A stretch of DNA of 62,500 bases, counting the filler, from Stramenopiles sp. TOSAG23-3 (Eukaryota), in NCBI GenBank assembly GCA_900128585.1. It is 10 parts of 10 records of this genome, joined end to end, with 100 filler letters (N's around TTAATTAATTAA, not from the genome) between each part and the next. Parts side by side here need not be neighbours in the genome. Positions count along the whole stretch, not along the records: positions 18,700 to 27,946 come from LT642936.1; positions 28,047 to 37,286 come from LT642937.1; 8 more parts are not named here. One strand, 5' to 3'. Below are positions 20,778 to 31,957 of the stretch, piece after piece. Every line of letters begins with the position of its first letter. Position 1 is the stretch's first letter. The notes under the pieces were generated by a model, which was not told the DNA's origin, ran no database searches, and was given only the letters and a program-made list of their open reading frames with translations. The translations under genes were made by a program, and so were the position numbers.

Positions 20778-23729
20778 ATGGTTATTGCAAGTGTAGAAGA
20801 ATGCTTGTCGGATATTGGGGGTATCTACGAGAAAGTAGGAAGGCTCCTTGAAAGTGGTGGTGATCTGTCCGTCACTTCTTTTCCAAAAATTGTAGAAAAA
20901 TACTTCAAGTCTACTTATGGGACAACGAAAGGCCAGCGGGTACACATTCATTTTGTACACGGCATTCAGACGCACAACAGGATGGCTGCTAGAATTCGAT
21001 GGTTCGGGATATTTGCAAATTTTTTGAACCCAGAAATGTTTCAAGTTCAAACCAATGCACAGCAGATTGTTGAAGGCGTTAAGCTGACGTGCAACGTGGT
21101 CAATACACTATGCGGCGGCGAGAACCTGAGGAGTTATTTTGTGTCAAAGGCCCCGCAGGTGTCCAGCGCACAATTATTGAATGCGATGGATCGCTTCCTA
21201 CCAGATGCAGAGGGAAAACATGTGGATATTTTTTCTGTCAAAGGTGATTCCTCGTCCGACAATATCTCCTTGGATAAGGCAATGGACGGGATACTGGGAA
21301 CGTTCTTCGGCCTTTTTGAAAAGGGAATAGATCCTAATAAAGCAGCGGCAGCCATCGAAGCTAGTACCGAAGAGCTGAAAAATGCGGCAGTGTGCATTCA
21401 GTCCTCGTGGCGGGGGAGAAAATCTCGAAAGCAACTGCTGGCCCGTCGGGCCCAACGAGCGGAAGAAAACAAAGCCGCTTCGAAAATACAGGCTAGCTGG
21501 CGGGGGCGCCAAGGGCGAAAAGAAGTCAAAGAAAAAAAAGAAAATCGGAGGCTTGGGAAAAGTGCATCGTACGAAGCTGAAAAGGTTGCTAGATCTTTGA
21601 AACGACAAGCGAAGCAATTGAAAGAAAACATTGATAAAATAGAGAAGGAGCGCAAACGATGGCAAAAAGCGTTCAGCAAAATGGAAGCAAAATACCGGGC
21701 GACAAAAAAAGCCATGAAAGAGTACAAAAGTGATGCAGACGACTTGCAGGCTGAGCTGAACAAATCCAGGCTTTACGCTGAAGAAATGGAGCAAAAACTG
21801 TCAGGCGTGGACAACGGAGGCCCCTTTGCGGGAAACAACGACGCGGACGAGAGCTCTGTCAACCGCGATTTGCGGAATCAAATTATTGAACGGGACTTGC
21901 AGATCAAAGATTTAGAAAGACAGCTAGCAGGAAGCAGAGCCTCGTCGCGGTGGAGTGCAGGACGAGCAAAGGCAACAAAAATGTTGTCTGAAATAAAATT
22001 AGAAAAGGCTAATAAAAAAGTGGTGGAGTTGTCGGAAGACTTAGAAACAAGAGTGCGTCGGCTGCAGGCAGAGCTTTACCAAGTTCGAAATCAGAACACA
22101 GACTTGACTCGCAAAAACGAAGAATGCGAACGATTGAAGATGTGGATGGAAAATGACCTCAGAGCCAACAATGCTATTGTCGAAGAAGCAGAGACAAAGT
22201 TAAAAACTGTCGAGCAAGAGTTAATTAATAAGACCAGTAGGGTTAAAACATTGGAAGAAACAAACAATGTCCAAACAAACTGGATACGGTCGTTGTGGCT
22301 GTACGGAGTGTGGCGAACGGCATGGGTTTACTTATACAAAAACAAGCTGTATCTCAGAGAGCGCACAATCAGGGCGCAGACCGAAAAGGAATCAAAAAAG
22401 TCAAGCATTGCATACGAGCAATTAAAGCTGATACTGAACGACGTTCAAACGCAGCTGGCTGCGAAAGGCAACACGTGCTCTGCAGTGCAGTCCAAACTGG
22501 AATCGTCGGACAGGGAAAACCAGATATTAAGGATGAAGCTTTCAGACCGTGTATATGAAATAGACGGGCTAAACAAGGATGTGAGCAAATTGAATGCAAC
22601 AATTTTGAACTTAAATGAAAAGATCTCCAACATGATCGAAAACATGGAGAACCAGAAACAGCGACTGGTGGTGGCGGACAAAAATGTAGAAATGCACCAG
22701 AAACGGGAAGAGTTCGCGTTGATACGATTGCGGGCTTCGGAACTAAGGCGAATGGAAATTGAAAAGTCGTTTGGATTTCTTGCAAAACCAAGTAACTCGG
22801 TCGCTTCAGAAATTGTCAACTTGTCGCGGGCATTAAGTTCCATTGAAAACAAAAGCTTGGGGGGAAAGGAGCTAGACCCTGAATCTTCCACGATTGTAGC
22901 GCGCTCAGTCAGGCACAGGTCCAAGTTGTCAAAAAGAAGGGCATTGGGGCAGAGTGGGCGGACGACAGCCTTGCTGAAAGGTAAGGCCACGCACTCGGCA
23001 TCGCTGCCGTTGCTCAAAACCAGGGGCATAGACCATCCTAATACAAGCACGAGCGGTCTCTTGGTCGTAGAAGACTCGCAACCTAAAGGCGCGACCATCT
23101 TTTGTATAAACTGCGATGATCGTACAATACGGTCACTGTGGGAAACATGCCGCCCTTTCAACGTTATTGAAATTTCCAGTGTAGATTCGGCTATGAAATA
23201 CTTCATGAAGCCGGTAGACAATATGTCAACACTCCCTAATGTCCTTTTCGGAGACATTCATCCAAACACCGCGCAGGGGCAAGCTTTGCTCGGGTACATC
23301 CGGCACCTTCAAATTCCCTATGTACTGGTGGGAACGCGTAACCAAAAGAAGAGTGCTGAAAATTGTGGAGCCGTGGACTTTGTTGCGAAGCCTGCTCATG
23401 ATAGCAACTTACGAGCCGCGTTCAATTCTGCCATGCAAGTTTTGCCGCGTTCTAGGAAATTTGCTCTGCAGGGGTTGGAGGAAGTTAATTTGAAAAAACA
23501 GCCAAAAAGTCGTCGGTTCACTACTGGAAACTTCAACATGGAAACTCAAAACCATGACTTGTCTTACAATATGCGCAGCAAAAGCAGAGCCAGTAGAGTT
23601 CGAAAGAGAGGGACGGTTATAACCAGTAAAAGAAGAAGGCAGAGTCCTGATGCGCTGTACATCGACGGTGGGTGGGAGTCGTCCAACACCTTCATAACGC
23701 CGATTCATCCGCCGATTCCGATAATATAA
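20778..23729 (+). CDS. IQ-motif + coiled-coil + C-terminal receiver (REC)-like domain protein
   Basis: Two IQ motifs (IQSSWRGRKSRK, IQASWRGRQGRK), long coiled coil, REC-like segment 23088-23445 (PNVLFGDIH ... GAVDFVAKP). Confidence 0.8.
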   Translation: MVIASVEECLSDIGGIYEKVGRLLESGGDLSVTSFPKIVEKYFKSTYGTTKGQRVHIHFVHGIQTHNRMAARIRWFGIFANFLNPEMFQVQTNAQQIVEGVKLTCNVVNTLCGGENLRSYFVSKAPQVSSAQLLNAMDRFLPDAEGKHVDIFSVKGDSSSDNISLDKAMDGILGTFFGLFEKGIDPNKAAAAIEASTEELKNAAVCIQSSWRGRKSRKQLLARRAQRAEENKAASKIQASWRGRQGRKEVKEKKENRRLGKSASYEAEKVARSLKRQAKQLKENIDKIEKERKRWQKAFSKMEAKYRATKKAMKEYKSDADDLQAELNKSRLYAEEMEQKLSGVDNGGPFAGNNDADESSVNRDLRNQIIERDLQIKDLERQLAGSRASSRWSAGRAKATKMLSEIKLEKANKKVVELSEDLETRVRRLQAELYQVRNQNTDLTRKNEECERLKMWMENDLRANNAIVEEAETKLKTVEQELINKTSRVKTLEETNNVQTNWIRSLWLYGVWRTAWVYLYKNKLYLRERTIRAQTEKESKKSSIAYEQLKLILNDVQTQLAAKGNTCSAVQSKLESSDRENQILRMKLSDRVYEIDGLNKDVSKLNATILNLNEKISNMIENMENQKQRLVVADKNVEMHQKREEFALIRLRASELRRMEIEKSFGFLAKPSNSVASEIVNLSRALSSIENKSLGGKELDPESSTIVARSVRHRSKLSKRRALGQSGRTTALLKGKATHSASLPLLKTRGIDHPNTSTSGLLVVEDSQPKGATIFCINCDDRTIRSLWETCRPFNVIEISSVDSAMKYFMKPVDNMSTLPNVLFGDIHPNTAQGQALLGYIRHLQIPYVLVGTRNQKKSAENCGAVDFVAKPAHDSNLRAAFNSAMQVLPRSRKFALQGLEEVNLKKQPKSRRFTTGNFNMETQNHDLSYNMRSKSRASRVRKRGTVITSKRRRQSPDALYIDGGWESSNTFITPIHPPIPII

Positions 23730-23822
23730 GGAGAGAGAAAAGTGCGTGGAGTCTTCGCAAAGGCCATTATTCTTAGATTTTTGTTAAAATTTTTATGTGC
23801 TGTGTGCGTAATTTAATAACAG

Positions 23823-23917
23823 AGCGGTAAAATTATTCTCTCTCAATTTAAAAAGATAAATTTCAGTTCGCATTACATTAATTTTTAATTACTTAAATAA
23901 CAGCCAATTTTCTTGTT
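23823..23917 (+). promoter_or_regulatory. Conserved 3'-flank element A (downstream of IQ-REC gene)
   Basis: GCGGTAAA...AAATTTCAGTTCGCATTACAT..ATTTTTAATTACT.AAATAACAGCCAATTTTCTTG; core is 172 nt past the stop. Confidence 0.55.
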
Positions 23918-23973
23918 TTTTATTTAAGTACTTAAAATTTGCGCCTCGCGTTCGATTCGTTCTCCTGTACTTT

Positions 23974-26900
23974 TTAGCGAAATGTTTTCCGAGGCAGCAA
24001 CCCTTCTCTTTGTTTAGATTCTAACAGTTTCTCGAATTTCCCCCCAAATACTTTTATGCTTTTCTTTTTTCGTCGCTTTGAACGCTTATTAATTCTCCGT
24101 GTGCATGCAATCCTCTCCTTCACCGATTTTTCTTGAGACTCGCGATGAATTCTCTGTCGAAAGCTCACAATACTCTGCTCTAATGAAATTATGAATGAAT
24201 TGTATATTTCGACTGCCTCTTCCGCGTTGTCGGATAGTTTTTGCATATTGCTCCCGGCAAACGAAGTGACTGGGCCGACCGAAACGTTATACGGAGTCCC
24301 AATTGCATTAGCCATCGTCCGTCCTGAAGCTGAAACGCCTCCAGCAGTATGCGGTCGAGCGAATGGACTATTGGACCGCCCTGTACTGTTCACTCTTTTC
24401 GGCTGTGATTTAAGTTTTCGAAGATCGTCTATCACCTTTTCTGCAGTCTCAAATTCTTTTTTAAAATTCCTGCGAACGGCGTCTACCGCATCATTCCCAA
24501 TTATTAATCTCGTACTTTGTTCCACTTCCAAAGCTTGTTCTTTCGTCACCTGCAACCGGCGCGCTCGCAATCTAACGTTTGTTAATTTCTTAAGCACAAC
24601 TGAATCTTTTCTCGAACGGTGGTGTTTTTCTTTCAACAGACTCCTTTTATCATATTCTCTCTTGCTCAACGTTGCTCTGTGTGCATTCTGTTTGCCTTTC
24701 ACCCGGACTATAGACTCTTTCAAGTACGTATCTATATCCAATGCCCGGCGCCCATAATCTAAATGCACTGCACGCTTAATGTGTTGCTTGTACGCATTCA
24801 TGCGCAAATGTGCCGCCCGCAATGTTGGTTTTGCGGATTCTGGAAGCCAATCGATTTCCATCAATGCCTCTTTCATTTCTCCCGCAATATCCTGCAAGTG
24901 CATTTCCCAGTAATCGTTATACTTGTCTTCCCAATCGGCTGGGAGTTGCTTTCGTAAGTGAACGATCTGCTTCAGTTCGATGTAAAACTTTTGTGCCTGA
25001 GAATGAGCAAAGTCTGTCAATTCCGCCAGGCGCTTGCGTTTTTCTCCAGCATCAGCATACCGCCCAGCGGCCGGTTTGAAATTCTTTAACGCTTCAACTG
25101 CGTCACTGATCGATACAAGTCCTTTCTTTACGTGCGGCATCAGGGTGTGTGCTTCTTTTCTTACATCATCATGTTGTTCCTGGGTCATGATCAAATGCTC
25201 TTCGGGAAAGAAGCCACAACCTGTCATCCTCGGCAAGATGGTAGAAATCTTTTCCCCAGAACCCTTCGAGAGTCGGCTTGCTTTTTGCAGTCGAATCATG
25301 TAGTTTTCAAAAGTCTCCAATGAGTACACGGCGCGGCGAAACGTAGCTTTTGATGCTTCAGGTAACCAATCAACTTCGTTCAAAGCATCCTGGACCAGAG
25401 CAGCATCTTCTTGCAACTGCATTTCCCAGAAATTGTTATTTACATCGGTGTAAGTTCTAGGCATTGCTGAAGCGGTGTTGCACGCGTTTTCTAGGCAATG
25501 AAATGCCTTTCTGCATATATCTAAATGGAAGTTAGTGACGTGAGAAACCATACGTTTCCTTCGGTGTAAATTCTTGTATCGTTTCGCTTCTGGCACGTAT
25601 TGACACAGTCGAATCATTGAATTTCCAATAGCGTTGACACCTTTCTTGCACCGAAGAACTTTTAAGCACCGTTCGATTAAATGAGCCCATTCAACTAAGT
25701 GTTTGTCCCTCTTTGGCAGTTTTATTATGCTTGATCGAGGCAATGCTGGGGTCAAAAGCTGGGTTATCTCGCCGTCATCGCCTTCCAAAACTCCTCGCCG
25801 AGGAGATATATGGTGGTGCTCTTCCTCTGCCAATTTTCGAGAGCGTGTCAAGACGTACTCTTTGTACTCCACTATTGCTAATTGGGGCGCGCGTATAGGG
25901 GGCTTCCCGTGCTCTGGAAGCCAGTCAATTTCTCGAAGCGTGTGTTCCAATTTTTCCGCAAGGTTATGAAAATGCCAAGACCAATATTCATCCAAAAATG
26001 GCACGCCCCACTCGTCGGGCAAGTTTTGCAATATAACAATTACCTCTCGGAGGTTGGTAAAAAATAGGTTTGCGTGGTGGTATCGAAATTTTTTCATTAC
26101 ATTTTTTTTCCGTTTCCTTTCTTTTAAATCCTGAAAACGTAGGGCCGTAGGGTTATACTGCAGTAGACGTTCGCACTGTCCAAACAAGTGCTCCAGGCCG
26201 TCGTACATAGGGATTTTTTGAATCACATCCTCATAAAGTGAACGCCTCTCTTCTGCTGTCATAACTTCCTCCAAATCTAGGTTATTTGCCGTCGCCCCGA
26301 TGCCTGGCAAAGATTGCACCGGCGCTGTCTGGGCACGGCTTGCGGGCCGCCACCCCCATAGCGAGGGAACGGCTACTGCAGCGTGTTCAGGCGATAGTTG
26401 AAATACCTTTTGCGTAGGTAGCAGGCCAGCAAATATGTCTTTCGGTGCATTTTTTGTTTTGATTGAAGCCAGGCGTTTGCGGTCGGCAGAGGATTGCGGT
26501 CGTGCGATAGTGGCTTCATTTTTTGTCTTCTCTGGAACTTTGGAGCCTGATACCGTCCCAACTGCTTTGACTTCTGGCGTTTTGGAAAACAAATCGGAAA
26601 AATCTTCTTCTATGCCTAGCTCTCGACGCGCCTCTTCGATCTGATGCCTGGCCCTCTCTGCCCGTTCTTCTATTTCATCCTGCTCCGAATCATAATCACT
26701 CTCATCGTCAGTCTGTATTTCGATCGCAGAGGGGGGTTTGTGGTCTGCCGGAGGCGGTGGGGGGCCACTAACTTTTTCTTTCGCAGCTTGCTGTTTTGGT
26801 GGGGGCGGAGGAAGAGATTGCCCGCCTGCCTGTTGTGATTCGTCGCTCTCCTTCTGGGGGGCTTTTCCGTTATCTGCTTTCTCTTGCTTCTTTGGTGGGG

Positions 26901-27490
26901 GCGGGGGAAGAGATTGCCCACCTGCCTGTTTCGATTCGTCGGTCTCTTGGGGGGGGAGCTTTCTCATGGTCTGTTTTCTCTTTTTTCTTTGGCGGTGGAG
27001 GGGGCAGAGATTTTGCACCTGCCTCTTTTGACTCTTCGGTCTCCTTGGTGGGAACTCCCTCTTCGTCTACTTTCTCTTGCTTCTTTGGGGGTGGCGGGGG
27101 GAGCGGTGCTGTTTCTGTTTTACCCTTGGCTTTGCTACTCTTTTGGGGTGCCCCAGCTTGCTCGCTCTGTTTCGGAGGCGGCGGTGGAAGCCCTTTGCTA
27201 CTGTCCTCTTTTTCTGCACCTCCCTGTTTCGATTCAGGTTTTCCTTCTTGACCGTCCAAAAATGTTGTAAATTCTTCTAATGTGATGTGCCCATCGGTTG
27301 AAAGATTGATCTCGCGAAACGCTGTTTTGTAGTTCTTCGGCTGCAGTAGAGGTTTGAGTCTCTCGTTTGACGCAAGAATATCCTTTACTTTCTTGTTATC
27401 CCTCATTGCCTTGAGCAGCTCCCGCATCTCCAGGGTGTTGCTGCCATCAGCGTCCAAGAGAGAGAACAATCTCTCAGCTTCTGCGGCCAT
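23974..27490 (-). CDS. EF-hand pair + Pro-rich repeats + three copies of an unnamed ~180-aa domain + coiled coil; frameshift in the G8 run at 26949-26956
   Basis: EF-hands LLDADGSNTLEMREL and INLSTDGHITLEEF. ORF 26870-27490 joins ORF 23974-27018 by deleting one base (EKAPPQETDES). E(I/V)DWLPE occurs three times. Confidence 0.8.
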
Positions 27491-27874
27491 TTCAGTCAGC
27501 GTGTCTGGTTAGACCTGGTCGACCAGTTTGCTTTAAAACTTCTTGTAGGTCCACTTGTTTTTCACTGAAAGGTTTCTACTGCCTTTGCAAGCCTTCGAGG
27601 GGTGACTGGGCAATTTGTCGTTTGGACGACTTATTGCATGCGGCACAGTACCCCCCTATTGTTATGATGTTCTGAGTGTTGGGGGTGCCGCGGGTATTCG
27701 ATTACAATGGTGTGTCCTTGTTTTAGTTTTACTATTCGTTACTCGAAGTGAGTAAGTAATATAATCGCTGTTTTTTGTTATTTATTTATTTTTCTAGTCG
27801 TCGTTCTATTTGTTTTATTCGTAGTATAATAGTTAGTTGTTTTCTTTATAATCTACTATCAATATTAATATATA

Positions 27875-27946
27875 GAGACTGCAGAAAAGGTGATAGACGA
27901 TCTTCGAAAACTTAAATCACAGCCGAAAAGAGTGAACAGTACAGGG
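27875..27946 (+). repeat. 72-bp perfect inverted copy of coding segment 24379-24450 at the contig end (probable chimera)
   Basis: GAGACTGCAGAAAAGG...GAACAGTACAGGG is the exact reverse complement of 24379-24450. Confidence 0.9.
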
Positions 27947-28273
27947 NNNNNNNNNNNNNNNNNNNNNNNNNNNNNNNNNNNNNNNNNNNNTTAATTAATT
28001 AANNNNNNNNNNNNNNNNNNNNNNNNNNNNNNNNNNNNNNNNNNNNAAAAAAAAATAATAATAATATATGATACATCTTCAACCAACATGATGATCATCA
28101 ACAACATCATTAGAACATTGATCGAGTCACCATCATCAGCATATTCCGTTGCAGCAGCCCCACCCCATCGTTAAACAAAGGTAAGAACGGTTGAAATGTA
28201 TAGCAAAAAAGAAACAAACGGTTGTACCCACCCACCCCGTTCGTAAACGTTGTTCGGTGCCAGCAAGTGTGCC

Positions 28274-30286
28274 ATGGCGTCTCTCGACGATAGCGGTCCC
28301 TTGGTGCAGTCCCCACCTCGTAGTCGTCGGGGATCGAAAGCTGCAAATCAACTGTTGCAAAATGTAGTAGGGGCGCATGCTAATCACATGTCGGGAGAGT
28401 CCATGTCTTTGTCGTCCTTTCCGGTCGACACCTCGCTGTTTATTGACCAGCTGATCAACTCGTCCACGTCTGTCGGAACGCTTCAAAAACGTGCGGGGCT
28501 GCGACGATCCGATCACGTCGGTGGCAGTGTGGACCAGGGCGGGCTGCGACGGTTTTCTTCCCCAACGTCCAAGCAAGAGTTCTACACGTCCCGTAGGGAA
28601 CAGCTAGCGCATAAGTCATACGTCGATACCATCATGATTTCTCAAGAAAACGATCGAAGAAAAGAAATAGAGGCGGAGGGGGAGGAGAGGCAACAGGACT
28701 TGGCCTTTTTGCGCCAGATAGAGAACGTTTTTGGCGATTTGACTTCCGCGGTGGACAACGTGCCTCGCGGTGCGGAGAAAGGGCCTGTGAACGATCCAGA
28801 GGGGGGCTTCCGGGATACAGCAATAGACGCTACGGCAGGAAAAGTGCCGCAAGCTTCGCCCGTTCGCGAGAAAGGTAACCACGCCCCAGTCCCAAGATTC
28901 CACAACGGTTCCGGCCACCGGGGGGGCGACGACAGCGCCGGTTCGAGGCCGAGGAGACCTGGCCCGGAAATGGGCAGGATCGCTTTGGTAGAAAGCCAGT
29001 ACGAAGACAAGGTCGAGGACCTCCTGAAGCGGTACAAGCTAGAAACCGCGCAGACGTATGCTTCCCTAGAAACCGAAAAGTTCAACAACGGGCAGTTGCA
29101 AGGTCGGGTGCAGTCGTTGGTGCAGGAGAACAATGAACTGCTTCTCCAGCACCAGGCAATTATGAAAGACCGGGACGAAAAGGTCAAAGAGATCGATTCC
29201 TTGCAGTTGGGACTGGAGAAACTAAAGACAGAATACCAAAATAATGTCGCGTTGTTGCTGGAAACGCACGTGCTGGAAATCAACCAGTGTCGCAAAGAGA
29301 CAGAAGATGTGACTGCATCCTTGCAAAGCGAATTTGACCATGAAAAGAACATGTCGAGGATAAAGTTTGAAAATGTTCTAAGGGAGCAGAGGGAAGAAAG
29401 TTTTGTCCAGGTGTCCGAACTACAGAACCAGTTGACCCTCAGGGACCAGAAAATTGCACACCTCGAGCAGACATTGCACAATAAGAACGCGGCGGAAGAG
29501 CAGCTGACCGAGAAATGTTCGAAACTTAAAGGTGAAATCACCAAGCTGAACATGAACATAGAGACTCTAACGATAGAAGCGGAATCTTCCCTGTCTCGTC
29601 TGAACAAAACGGACAAACAGTTTGCCCTTGAGCGGCAGCAGATACACGAGCAAACCTCCCGCCAAATTCATGCCGTCGAAAAGCGCCTCTTGCAACGCAT
29701 CAGTGAGCTAGAAATAGAACTATCCGCCGCTGTGAACAACGTTGCCCAAGCCAACCACTACAATAGACTGCTGAAAGAACGTTACAAAGCGATGGAACGG
29801 TCCTTTCGAAATCACGAGAGAGACAGCATCGACATTGGCAACGCAGTGTTTGGGCTTGTGAACGAATTTGACGAACTTACAACGGGCACGACGGGCCTTA
29901 CCGAACACTCGCTTGAAGAAAAAGCAATGCAAAAGCTGCAGGACAGGAGAGAAATGCAACGCTTGGAAGGGGAAAGAATAGCATTGGAAAAGACGAAAGA
30001 GGAGATCAGAACGTTTGAAAACAGCAGAATTGAACAGGAGAAAATAGCGCTAGAGAGGGCTCGCGCTGAAATGAAAATTTCGAAACAAAAGAACACGAAG
30101 GAAGTTACCAAGGACGAAGACTTGATCCATCGCCTGGCGACTGAGCAAGACCAGCACTCGATTGAACAAACCCAAGGAATGATACAAACCATGAAGAAGA
30201 AGAAATTACACGACCAAGTGGGGCATTTGAAGCGAGACATGGAAGACATGCGGCGAAAGCTAGCGGAGCAAAAGCGCCACCATTGA
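28274..30286 (+). CDS. Coiled-coil protein with disordered N-terminus
   Basis: 670-aa ORF from ATG 28274; heptad-rich E/Q/L/K C-terminal two-thirds. Confidence 0.8.
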   Translation: MASLDDSGPLVQSPPRSRRGSKAANQLLQNVVGAHANHMSGESMSLSSFPVDTSLFIDQLINSSTSVGTLQKRAGLRRSDHVGGSVDQGGLRRFSSPTSKQEFYTSRREQLAHKSYVDTIMISQENDRRKEIEAEGEERQQDLAFLRQIENVFGDLTSAVDNVPRGAEKGPVNDPEGGFRDTAIDATAGKVPQASPVREKGNHAPVPRFHNGSGHRGGDDSAGSRPRRPGPEMGRIALVESQYEDKVEDLLKRYKLETAQTYASLETEKFNNGQLQGRVQSLVQENNELLLQHQAIMKDRDEKVKEIDSLQLGLEKLKTEYQNNVALLLETHVLEINQCRKETEDVTASLQSEFDHEKNMSRIKFENVLREQREESFVQVSELQNQLTLRDQKIAHLEQTLHNKNAAEEQLTEKCSKLKGEITKLNMNIETLTIEAESSLSRLNKTDKQFALERQQIHEQTSRQIHAVEKRLLQRISELEIELSAAVNNVAQANHYNRLLKERYKAMERSFRNHERDSIDIGNAVFGLVNEFDELTTGTTGLTEHSLEEKAMQKLQDRREMQRLEGERIALEKTKEEIRTFENSRIEQEKIALERARAEMKISKQKNTKEVTKDEDLIHRLATEQDQHSIEQTQGMIQTMKKKKLHDQVGHLKRDMEDMRRKLAEQKRHH

Positions 30287-30534
30287 AGGTAAAACTTGAC
30301 GAACTGTTAATATCATACGTATGTATAGAACAACAAACAAGTAAGAATAAATTAAACAAATACAAAAACTTTTAATAGAAGAACGACGAATAATTTTATT
30401 AAAAATACTTCTTCATCAAAAAAGAAGAAGCAGAATAGCAGTATAATATCATCACGACGCATACATGTATATTATTTGCTTAGTCTATATGTAATATCAT
30501 GTACCGTAGTTTGTTACAATAAATAGGTGCAGAA

Positions 30535-30716
30535 AAAGAAAAACAAAAAAAAGAAGAAGAAGAAAACAAAAGAAGAAAACAAAAGAAGAAGAAGAAGAAG
30601 AAGAAGAAAAAGAAAGAAGAAGAAGAAGAAAGAAGAAAGAAGAAAGAAGAAATAAGAAGAAGAAAGAAGAAAGAAGAAAGAAGAAAGAAGAAAGAAGAAA
30701 GAAGAAAGAAGAAGAA
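30535..30716. repeat. Purine-rich (GAA)n / (AGAAGAA)n simple repeat
   Basis: Directly visible tandem units. Confidence 0.9.
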
Positions 30717-31101
30717 GTATTAATATAATACTTTTTTATTTAGGTTATGAGGAGAAGAAGGAGAAGAAGAAAAAAAATAAATAAATTATGTAGAACAAAA
30801 CATTTTATTATTAATTATTATTATTATTATTATTGATAAAAAAAATATTTTATAATATAATAATAATAATATAATAATATTATAATATATTATTATTATT
30901 ATAATACTAAAAACACGTTCGTCGATTCCATTTCATTAATTCAAGAAGGAAAAAAAATAATTAATGAAGAACGATCTTTTCACTCTTGCAATTTTTTAAC
31001 CAATAGTATTTAATAACGAAATTGACGTTGGTCTGTCTTTTGGTGCAAAGGGCAGTAGAAAATTATCATATAATACAGGAAGTGGAAAGGAGAGGAGTCC
31101 A

Positions 31102-31530
31102 ATGGCCTCCGAGTTCAACTTCGACTTTTTAGCAAGCGGCGCTCAAGACTCGTTTATAGTAAAACGGGCGAAGACCGTGCTCAGGGGGCAGCTTGAGGAG
31201 AAGGGCGTCGTTCGAATTACATACATAGCATTAAAGCAACAGTTGATAAAGGAGTTCGGTGAGACAGAGTTCGGGCGCAACAAAACAAGTATTCAGAAAG
31301 CGTTAGAGGTAGCCATAAAACACGAAAACCCGAAAGTGGTGGAAGCGTACAAGCGCGACAAGGCTCGGCAAAGTGAGACGGAGGGTGTTGCCACGGGGGA
31401 GCAAGCGAAAAGCGAGGCCAAACCAAAGAAAAAAGAAGAGAAGGCCCCGAAGCTATACTTTTACAAAATGAACGAGGAAGATGCGGGGTCTGCGGAGGGT
31501 AACCGCTACATCAAGAACAACGACTTGTAA
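31102..31530 (+). CDS. Hypothetical protein (142 aa)
   Basis: ATG-initiated, GC-richer island between AT-rich flanks, with natural amino-acid composition; no family recognised. Confidence 0.65.
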   Translation: MASEFNFDFLASGAQDSFIVKRAKTVLRGQLEEKGVVRITYIALKQQLIKEFGETEFGRNKTSIQKALEVAIKHENPKVVEAYKRDKARQSETEGVATGEQAKSEAKPKKKEEKAPKLYFYKMNEEDAGSAEGNRYIKNNDL

Positions 31531-31957
31531 TAAAGGAGGGTTCATATTTTCCACATTCTACGAGGCAGGTACGGGAGGACGGACGGACGGACGGACGGCG
31601 GCGGCTTTACATGGTAGTGTGTAGCGCTGTATCTTTTATTTTGGCATTTATTAAAAACGTTGTTGAATCTTTTGTAAGCATCGGTAAAACATCTACGTCC
31701 CTTTTCTTTGTAAATTCAGTACCTTACAGGCACACTTACTTTTCTCAGCACAATTTTTCTCGTTTTCATGCCAACAGAAAGAGAATCGCTTGCTTCGGAA
31801 GACAGGACACCAGCATACAAAAACGTTGCTTAAGAGAACGCGGCCGTTTGAAAAAAACATTCAAACGGACGGCGTCGCCTTCGCTTTGTTCTTAGATGTA
31901 CTCCCGAGAGCGGCGCGCGGGGGAAACTCCCCCCCTTCTTCTTGCGGTGCGCGTTCC

